In this document: one piece after another, positions 51,123-58,095 of the stretch
Layout: each line of letters starts with the position of its first letter
Position numbering within the stretch: position 1 is the first letter of the stretch
Origin: a virus
Length of the DNA stretch: 64,000 nt
Reading direction: 5' to 3' (one strand)
Virus record (IMG/VR): IMGVR_UViG_3300008448_000002
Span: 130,658 to 194,657 of that record
Notes under the pieces: model-generated
What the model was told of the DNA's origin: nothing
Database searches by the model: none
The model's input: the letters and a program-made list of their open reading frames with translations, nothing else
Position numbers and translations under genes: made by a program

Positions 51123-53264
51123 ATGCGTCAAGGTTACAATAGAACAATTAATACACCAGGATTATATGGTGGAAGTCCAAATGGTAGGTCACTATCATAT
51201 GATAAATTATATATTGGATTTGTCAAGGATAATCGTGACCCTATTAAAATGGGACGATTAAAAGTATGGATTCCTGAGTTTGGAGGCGATTCAACAGACC
51301 CTACAAAATGGTACACGGTAAACTATTGTTCGCCTTTCGCTGGTGCTACTAATCCTGATAAATTAAAACAAGATTCCAAGAATTATCTTGAGACACAACA
51401 GTCATATGGATTTTGGGCAGTACCACCAGATTTAGAAAACGAAGTCTTGGTAATGTTTGTTAATGGCGATTCAAATAGAGGTATTTGGATGGGTTGTTTA
51501 TATCAACAATTTATGAACCATATGACACCAGGAATAGCATCAAACAATAGTTTTGATACAACAGAAGATGAAATTCCACCCCCTGTTGCCGAATATAATA
51601 AATGGTCAAACGATGTTCCAGCTAATGATGCCGTTAATAGACCAAGATTTGAACCATTATATAATAGTTTATTGAATCAAGGGTTAGTAGGCGACCAAGA
51701 GAGAGGGATAACATCATCAAGCGCAAGACGTTCCGATAATCATGATGATTTATATCCTAAGTATGGTGATTCAAGAGATAATGAGCCAAAGCCAGCAAAA
51801 GTCTATGGAATGAAAACACCAAGAGGACATCAATTTGTCATGGATGATGATGTTGGTAATGAATTTATCAGATTTAGAACCAGAACAGGTACACAACTTC
51901 TAATACATGAAACTAATGGTTATGTTTATATTAATTCAAAAAATGGTAATAGTTGGGTAGAAATTAGTGATGATGGGATAAATCTATATAGTAATCAATC
52001 TATTAACATGCGAGCTGAGAAAAACTTCAATTTACATGTTGATGGAAACTATAATCTTTTTGTTGGTGGTAGTCATAATGTTTTCGTAAAAGGAAATAGT
52101 GAACAATCGGTTGCTGGCACAAGTAATTTACTCTTTGGTAAAGCGAGTAAAACGCAATACAATACTGATAAAACAGAAATAGTTGATGGTAACTCTGTTA
52201 GTTATTTCAAAGGTACGGGTACACTTGTTGCCGATAATAAACTAATTGTTAAGTCTGAAAATGAATTATCTATTGGTGCGAACGGAAATATTATATTTTC
52301 TGGTGCTACTGTTACAAGTAATAATGGTTCTAAGATTGAGGTAAAAAAACCTACAAATGTAAGTGTTAGTCAACCAGGAAAGAAAGATGGCATTGATAAA
52401 GATACACCTGTTTATTCTCAATTAGATACTCTAACGATTGTTGATACCTTATTAACACATGAACCTTATATTGGACATCCTATCGGGGATTCTAGTAATT
52501 ACAGATTAACGCCTGATAATCCAGATAATGAAGAAGGTGATACAACAGAAGTAAGAACGGGTACAGGCTCAAAAAGAATAAAGAGAAAAGGGGCAAAGTT
52601 GGGGGCATCATCCTCTAAAGCCACAAAACCAAAGGATATTACAGGAACACCTAAAAAGGGTGCTAAGAGTGGTGTTTATGAAGGTGTTAAGTATGATAGT
52701 AAAGGAAACCCCGTTTATAATTATAAAGGTGATACAAAAGAATTAAAAGATGCGAGTAAATTAAAATCAAGTGATGATGGTGTAAATTTCATTAAGGAGT
52801 TTGAAGGTACTGGTCCTATTAAAGATGGTAAATTACAGAAATATAATGACGTTGCCAATTTACCTACAATTGGTTATGGACACTTATTAACTGATAGTGA
52901 AAAGGCATCAAACACAGTAAAGATTAATGGACAAAGCGTTGATATATCAAATGGCATTACACCAGAACAAGCCGTTGCCCTAAAAAAACAAGATTTAGTA
53001 AGATTTGAGAAAGCTGTTAGTGAAAACGTAAAAGTTCCCTTAACACAAAGTCAGTATGATTCGCTTGTTTCATTTTCCTTTAACGTGGGTGATGGTGCTT
53101 TTAAAAAGAGTACATTATTGAAAAAATTGAATAGTGGTGATTATGCTGCTGTACCATCGGAATTATCAAAATGGGATAAGGCAGGTGGAAGACAGGTTAA
53201 AGGATTGACAAGAAGGAGACAAGCAGAGGCGGATTTATTTAGTAAAACTCCTCCTACTTCTTAG
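51123..53264 (+). CDS. gp5: Baseplate hub / spike gp5-like protein with C-terminal GH24 lysozyme
   Basis: DP.KMGRLKVWIP OB-fold, GHQF.MDD, beta-helix repeats, then EFEG..D..PTIGYGH...GL.RRR.AE..LF. Confidence 0.9.
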   Translation: MRQGYNRTINTPGLYGGSPNGRSLSYDKLYIGFVKDNRDPIKMGRLKVWIPEFGGDSTDPTKWYTVNYCSPFAGATNPDKLKQDSKNYLETQQSYGFWAVPPDLENEVLVMFVNGDSNRGIWMGCLYQQFMNHMTPGIASNNSFDTTEDEIPPPVAEYNKWSNDVPANDAVNRPRFEPLYNSLLNQGLVGDQERGITSSSARRSDNHDDLYPKYGDSRDNEPKPAKVYGMKTPRGHQFVMDDDVGNEFIRFRTRTGTQLLIHETNGYVYINSKNGNSWVEISDDGINLYSNQSINMRAEKNFNLHVDGNYNLFVGGSHNVFVKGNSEQSVAGTSNLLFGKASKTQYNTDKTEIVDGNSVSYFKGTGTLVADNKLIVKSENELSIGANGNIIFSGATVTSNNGSKIEVKKPTNVSVSQPGKKDGIDKDTPVYSQLDTLTIVDTLLTHEPYIGHPIGDSSNYRLTPDNPDNEEGDTTEVRTGTGSKRIKRKGAKLGASSSKATKPKDITGTPKKGAKSGVYEGVKYDSKGNPVYNYKGDTKELKDASKLKSSDDGVNFIKEFEGTGPIKDGKLQKYNDVANLPTIGYGHLLTDSEKASNTVKINGQSVDISNGITPEQAVALKKQDLVRFEKAVSENVKVPLTQSQYDSLVSFSFNVGDGAFKKSTLLKKLNSGDYAAVPSELSKWDKAGGRQVKGLTRRRQAEADLFSKTPPTS

Positions 53265-53267
53265 TAA

Positions 53268-53663
53268 TTACTGACCATTAGCTTCACTAATGTCAAACAT
53301 AAAGTAATCACCTCGATATGGTATAGCCATTATATCCGATGTAGGTATACCAGTTTGGTAGCTGGCATCAACAATAGCCCCGCGACCATTAATCATTTGT
53401 TGTCCAGCAACTTCTTCAATATGTTCATAACCATATGTATCGTATATTTCTTTTACAAATTGTTTAAATGAAAGAGAATCATAATGTTTTTTCTCTTCCT
53501 TACTGACTTTAAAAAAATTATATTTACTAGCCATTTCAACCAATTTCATTTTTCGTTCCTCTGGTATATCTTGTTGTTGGATATATTCAGATAATGTCAT
53601 CTTTTTTGATTTTGTCAAGTTTTTATTTTCAGATTCATTAATTATATTGATTAGGTCACGCAT
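53268..53663 (-). CDS. Hypothetical protein, candidate internal head protein
   Basis: N-terminus MRDLINIINESE; late-promoter motif and GGAG RBS upstream. Confidence 0.65.
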   Translation of the reverse strand: MRDLINIINESENKNLTKSKKMTLSEYIQQQDIPEERKMKLVEMASKYNFFKVSKEEKKHYDSLSFKQFVKEIYDTYGYEHIEEVAGQQMINGRGAIVDASYQTGIPTSDIMAIPYRGDYFMFDISEANGQ

Positions 53664-53686
53664 AGTATTCTCTCCGCATTATGTAA

Positions 53687-53703
53687 GTATTTATTATAAA
53701 TAC
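53687..53703. promoter_or_regulatory. Palindromic divergent late promoters
   Basis: GTATTTAT-T-ATAAATAC gives TATAAATA on + and AATAAATA on -. Confidence 0.7.
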
Positions 53704-53719
53704 ATCTTAGGAGAATGTT

Positions 53720-54223
53720 ATGAAAATAAGTGATAACGGAATAGAATTATTAATCGAGTTTGAAGGTACTGGTCCTATTAAAAATGGTAAACTACAACCC
53801 TATAAAGATGTTGCTGGATTACTAACCATTGGCTATGGTCATTTATTGACCGAGAGTGAAAAATCTTTAGGTAAATTATTGATTAATGGCAATCCTACGG
53901 TATATAGTAATGGTTTAACAAAAGAACAAGCTGTTGCCTTGAAAAAACAAGATTTAGTAAGATTTGAGAAAGCGGTAAATGAATCTGTTACTGTTGATTT
54001 AAATCAAAATCAATTTGACGCTTTAGTATGCTTTGCTTATAATATTGGTGATGGGGCATTCAAGAAAAGCACTCTTGTTAGAAAACTCAATGAGGGTGAT
54101 TATGATTCTGTTGAGACACAGTTAATGCGCTGGAATAAAGCTAATGGGAAGCCTGTTGCTGGATTAACCAGAAGAAGACAGGCAGAGGCGGATTTATTCA
54201 ATGAGCCTTTACCCGTCTCTTAA
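53720..54223 (+). CDS. GH24 lysozyme (endolysin), paralog of the gp5 lysozyme domain
   Basis: EFEG, D..TIGYGH, QFDAL.CF.YN.G and GLTRRRQAE motifs; AGGAG RBS. Confidence 0.92.
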   Translation: MKISDNGIELLIEFEGTGPIKNGKLQPYKDVAGLLTIGYGHLLTESEKSLGKLLINGNPTVYSNGLTKEQAVALKKQDLVRFEKAVNESVTVDLNQNQFDALVCFAYNIGDGAFKKSTLVRKLNEGDYDSVETQLMRWNKANGKPVAGLTRRRQAEADLFNEPLPVS

Positions 54224-54225
54224 AA

Positions 54226-54420
54226 TTATCCAAGTTCTGGCATTGTATCAATATTATCTAACATTACTTGAAGATGCGTAGCACAGTCTTTTAAAAGTTC
54301 TTTTACTTTTTGTCTGTTATTATTTTTATCTAAATTAAAAAGTAACTGACTTTGTTTGATAAGTAATAGTTCAATTTCTTTGTTTGCGACTAGATATTCA
54401 TATTTGAGGCGGTCTTTCAT
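54226..54420 (-). CDS. Hypothetical protein
   Basis: AAGGA RBS; promoter at 54465-92. Confidence 0.6.
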   Translation of the reverse strand: MKDRLKYEYLVANKEIELLLIKQSQLLFNLDKNNNRQKVKELLKDCATHLQVMLDNIDTMPELG

Positions 54421-54464
54421 ACTATATTCCTTTACTTAATGAGGTAACTCCCTCCGTTAAATAC

Positions 54465-54492
54465 AGAATAGCGTATTATTATATTTTGTCAA
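54465..54492 (-). promoter_or_regulatory. sigma70-like promoter
   Basis: TTGACA-16 nt-TATTCT preceded by an A-rich UP-like tract. Confidence 0.6.
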
Positions 54493-54515
54493 TAGTTTTT
54501 TATTATATCTATGTA

Positions 54516-55004
54516 TTATTCAATAGGAACAGTTAATCCCATTGATTTACCAATTCTATTAAAGTAATTCCTATATTTTTCAAAAGTTTCTTCTTTTAAC
54601 AGGAATCTGGTAACTTCTACTTCTAATTGTATGTGAAAGTATCTACTTCCTTCTTTATTATTTTCTTCTTTTACGACTTTCTTTCTATCAACAAACCACG
54701 TTGTGCCGTCACTTTTTAAAATGACCTTTTTACTTGGAATATCACCAGTAACAACTTTGGTTATAATTTTCTTTGTATTGCCATCTTTTTCATAATCTTG
54801 ATATTTTAATTCAGTTAATTCTTTAGAATCAATGACTTGTTTATGAATACCTTTTTTCCCAAACGATTCTTCAAATGGTTTACTCAAGACTTCTTTTTGT
54901 TCCTTGGCTTTTAATTCCGCATGACGCTCAATAAAAGACAATTTCTTTTCTGGCACAGAAACTTCTGCTTGTTCAATGATATTGATTAAATCTCTGTAGT
55001 TCAT
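54516..55004 (-). CDS. Hypothetical protein, candidate internal head protein
   Basis: N-terminus MNYRDLINIIE; GAGG RBS; AATAAATA at 55024-31. Confidence 0.7.
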   Translation of the reverse strand: MNYRDLINIIEQAEVSVPEKKLSFIERHAELKAKEQKEVLSKPFEESFGKKGIHKQVIDSKELTELKYQDYEKDGNTKKIITKVVTGDIPSKKVILKSDGTTWFVDRKKVVKEENNKEGSRYFHIQLEVEVTRFLLKEETFEKYRNYFNRIGKSMGLTVPIE

Positions 55005-55029
55005 TTGTATATCCTCTTTTTAATATTTA

Positions 55030-55221
55030 TTAAAAAGGACAATTATCTTTAAGTAGACCAATCTGTCTATTGATTTCATCAGCAACTTCAGAGCGAGTTT
55101 GTTCACGAACTGTTACAAAATCATTGCCAATGAAATTGATTCTCGTATCCCCGTCTCCATCCCTATCCATATAGGTGATATTTGATGGATTAAAGTATTC
55201 GCCAAAAACATTAATAATCAT
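55030..55221 (-). CDS. Small hypothetical protein, paralog family A
   Basis: Similar to 55224-55433. Confidence 0.7.
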   Translation of the reverse strand: MIINVFGEYFNPSNITYMDRDGDGDTRINFIGNDFVTVREQTRSEVADEINRQIGLLKDNCPF

Positions 55222-55223
55222 TA

Positions 55224-55433
55224 TTATAGTCCTTTCGATTTATTTTCTTTGATTTGTTTTTGTATTTCCTCAAAAACTTCAAGACGAGACTTATTATGAA
55301 TGACTGTAATAATAGATTTACAATTACCAAGATGAAGCAAATCATGATAGATTATAGTATTTCCGCCGCCACTATCTTCTAATTTCACAATATGTTGCGT
55401 TGAGATGTATTCACCAAATAAATCAATAAACAT
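55224..55433 (-). CDS. Small hypothetical protein, paralog family A
   Basis: Similar to 55030-55221. Confidence 0.7.
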   Translation of the reverse strand: MFIDLFGEYISTQHIVKLEDSGGGNTIIYHDLLHLGNCKSIITVIHNKSRLEVFEEIQKQIKENKSKGL

Positions 55434-55479
55434 AGTATGTTCCTTTTTATATTAGGTAGATGAATCACTATATCAATTA

Positions 55480-55785
55480 TTAAAACAAGTCAATAAGAAT
55501 TTCACCTGCTATGAGATTTCCATTCTCATCTAAGATAGAAACAATATCACTACTAGTCAAGTAATTTACATAATACTGTCCGTTAAGATAAAGTTCATTC
55601 TGATGACTTCCTTGTAGAATTTTTACAGGACGGTATTCTTCATCATACTCAATGGTTGCTGGCAATACTTTATAAACAAGAGCCTTTGTTCCATCTCTCA
55701 ATATAACCCTGAGTTTCGTATGAAGGTGTTTTCCATTGACAGAAAATGGTTCAAAGAATTGTTCAATAGTTGGAATGCTTCTCAT
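55480..55785 (-). CDS. Small hypothetical protein, paralog family B
   Basis: PTIE, LRDGT and DI..IL...G..IAGE motifs. Confidence 0.75.
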   Translation of the reverse strand: MRSIPTIEQFFEPFSVNGKHLHTKLRVILRDGTKALVYKVLPATIEYDEEYRPVKILQGSHQNELYLNGQYYVNYLTSSDIVSILDENGNLIAGEILIDLF

Positions 55786-56099
55786 AGCTCACCCGCAATT
55801 ACTTCTCCAGCATCATTTAAGATGGCAATGATGTCTGCTTCGATTCCGTTGTGTGTATACAAATTCTTACCTTCGAGATTCCATTCCCCCTCAAAATAAT
55901 TTGCCGACAAAACTCGGAAGGCATCCATTTCTGGAAAATAACTATTGACATAGGGTCGATAAAAAGATGGAAGAACAGACGCTAATATGTCTGTTGTTCC
56001 GTTACGCAACTTTACTTGGGCTTCTCCCTCACGGAAAATATACCCATCCTTCGCATACCGCGCAAAATACTCTTCGATAGTTGGTAAATTATTAGTCAT
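55782..56099 (-). CDS. Small hypothetical protein, paralog family B
   Basis: PTIE, LRNGT and DIIAIL..AG.VIAGE motifs. Confidence 0.75.
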   Translation of the reverse strand: MTNNLPTIEEYFARYAKDGYIFREGEAQVKLRNGTTDILASVLPSFYRPYVNSYFPEMDAFRVLSANYFEGEWNLEGKNLYTHNGIEADIIAILNDAGEVIAGEL

Positions 56100-56424
56100 T
56101 CTTAATTTCCTTGGCTATTACTCTTCCAAATAATCCATAGATTGCTATAATGTCTTTTTCTGGCATTGCTCTCGCATAACCATAATTATCCCAGATAGGG
56201 TTTATACCACCATAAACAAATGGTGCTCGCGCCCCGTATACATCTCTTTTAAGTGCTTCTACTTGTTCAATTTTAGTAATTGTACCATCTCTTAAAAGAA
56301 CCTTTGGTGTACACTTCCTACAGTCACAAGGGGCTTTAAATCCATGTCCTTGCGACCATAAACATTTCTCAATTCGTTTATCAAACCATGCGGTTATTTC
56401 CGCTCTTTGTTCAAACCAAGACAT
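56092..56424 (-). CDS. Small hypothetical protein, paralog family B
   Basis: LLRDGT and DIIAI....G.VIA.E motifs, plus CxCxxC. Confidence 0.7.
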   Translation of the reverse strand: MSWFEQRAEITAWFDKRIEKCLWSQGHGFKAPCDCRKCTPKVLLRDGTITKIEQVEALKRDVYGARAPFVYGGINPIWDNYGYARAMPEKDIIAIYGLFGRVIAKEIKND

Positions 56425-56438
56425 ATTTTTCGTATCCT

Positions 56439-56669
56439 TTATCTGTAAAAAGTTGGTAGTTCGTCTTTGGGTTTTTCCTTTCGGATGTCTCCAATAAAAC
56501 CCATTTTTTTATCACATTTCGTACAGTATGCGTAACAATCTCTTTTTTCAATATATTTTTCATGTTTACACGAAGATTCCTTGATACAATCTACTATGGA
56601 TTGAATTGTATTGGGAAACCCTCTGAATAATAGTATTACTATTGAAATTATAATAATTAATGTTATCAT
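56439..56669 (-). CDS. Small membrane-anchored protein with Cys motifs
   Basis: Hydrophobic N-terminus; C.H and CxxC. Confidence 0.6.
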   Translation of the reverse strand: MITLIIIISIVILLFRGFPNTIQSIVDCIKESSCKHEKYIEKRDCYAYCTKCDKKMGFIGDIRKEKPKDELPTFYR

Positions 56670-57088
56670 TTTACATCTCGTGAATGGGGGAACGGTTTAT
56701 TATTACGAAGAATTATGCGTTCAATGTTAGAAAAATCAGTAAGACCTTTCTCTGCTTGGATGCGTAATGTATCTGTGGTATCGGAATAATAAAAGGATTC
56801 TATTCTTGTTGTTCCTAGCTTTTTACACCGTATATCATCCCCAACCTGTGCCGTAAACCAAGAAAGTTTCTCCTCGGTGTCAAGAACTAACTCCCACTTT
56901 TCACTAATCTCAGCATCTCCTCCTGAATAAACAGAACAAGCTGCTACAACGAACCCATGTTCCCATCCAATTATACGACCATAGCTTTTAAGATGCTCTT
57001 TTCCAAACAAATCAGCCGCAGCACTTGCGTTAGTGAGGTCTAAAATAAGTGTTGTACCTAAACTGTACATAGATTGTTTATTTTTCAT
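56666..57088 (-). CDS. Hypothetical protein
   Basis: 140-aa ORF with GAG RBS. Confidence 0.7.
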   Translation of the reverse strand: MKNKQSMYSLGTTLILDLTNASAAADLFGKEHLKSYGRIIGWEHGFVVAACSVYSGGDAEISEKWELVLDTEEKLSWFTAQVGDDIRCKKLGTTRIESFYYSDTTDTLRIQAEKGLTDFSNIERIILRNNKPFPHSRDVK

Positions 57089-57123
57089 TTTGTTCTCTAT
57101 CTTTTAATTTTAGATTACAATGT

Positions 57124-57333
57124 TCATTCATCGTATTTTATGCCGTAGTTTGTTTCCAGTTCAGTAACTAAACTTTTTCTATATGATTCAATCATCAAAA
57201 TAGAATGCTCCTTCGGAAACGTAACCCCTGGATTACCTGGAATTACATGGCTGTCTCCTCGTTCTAGATATCTAATATTATCTAAAAGGTTTTTAATTTC
57301 ATTTATTCTTTTGATGTCTGAAAACTTAATCAT
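57124..57333 (-). CDS. Hypothetical protein
   Basis: ORF tiled in the block. Confidence 0.6.
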   Translation of the reverse strand: MIKFSDIKRINEIKNLLDNIRYLERGDSHVIPGNPGVTFPKEHSILMIESYRKSLVTELETNYGIKYDE

Positions 57334-57337
57334 TTTA

Positions 57338-57652
57338 TTAATCCTTTTTTTGTCCTGCGTATATCATGGCTGTGTAAACATCTTGCGCCCGTGTCCATTG
57401 ACAGTATTTGTCTATTAATTCATCCCCAACATCCATCATTTCTTTTGTTGGCGTAATCGGGGCATTCAGTGTGTGACTAAGGTCTTGTTCTAATGCGTTA
57501 AATACATCGGCACTTAACTTCTCAAGAGCAAGGTTAGTGCCATTATCCTGTATACGCTTTTGAATTAACATTTGTACTTTATTCATGTTCTCCTTGCTAA
57601 GTAGGCACATGTCTTCGAGGTATTGAACCATAAAATAATTCCTATATTTCAA
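57338..57652 (-). CDS. Hypothetical protein
   Basis: ORF with an uncertain start. Confidence 0.55.
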   Translation of the reverse strand: MKYRNYFMVQYLEDMCLLSKENMNKVQMLIQKRIQDNGTNLALEKLSADVFNALEQDLSHTLNAPITPTKEMMDVGDELIDKYCQWTRAQDVYTAMIYAGQKKD

Positions 57653-58002
57653 AAAGACATTATCATATAATAAAATATTGTCAAGAAACTTTTTTTATTA
57701 GATTCTTTAATTTCCGCAGCAACCATTTTCATTAAAATATCATGTATATAACGGGTCGATTCACAATAAGGGGTGTTTAAAACAGCACTGTTTACCTTGA
57801 TGGCATAACGTTCATCTGATAACCGTAAGACTTCATTATCTATTTCATCAGTGTTACTGCCATTGCGTTTATCTTCTACTTTGTCGATTTTATCATCAAT
57901 CTCTTTCTTTTTTTGTTTGGCATTAAGAGCAATACGAATTTCTGCCATATCTTTTTTAAAAAGAGACTTTAAATGTTCAATATCTAAATTAATCTCTGAC
58001 AT
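57649..58002 (-). CDS. Hypothetical protein
   Basis: AGGA RBS; the C-terminus runs through the repeated promoter module. Confidence 0.65.
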   Translation of the reverse strand: MSEINLDIEHLKSLFKKDMAEIRIALNAKQKKKEIDDKIDKVEDKRNGSNTDEIDNEVLRLSDERYAIKVNSAVLNTPYCESTRYIHDILMKMVAAEIKESNKKSFLTIFYYMIMSF

Positions 58003-58095
58003 CTCTTGTATCCTGTTGGATTGTTTAATGATAGATACACAATATCATCAATTTATAATTTGTCAAGCAGCTTTTTTATTAGATTCTTTAATTTC
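57657..58095 (-). repeat. Repeated promoter module (57657-57714 and 58039-58095)
   Basis: Identical 24 bp GAAATTAAAGAATCTAATAAAAAA, each followed by TTGACA-16 nt-TAnnGT. Confidence 0.85.
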
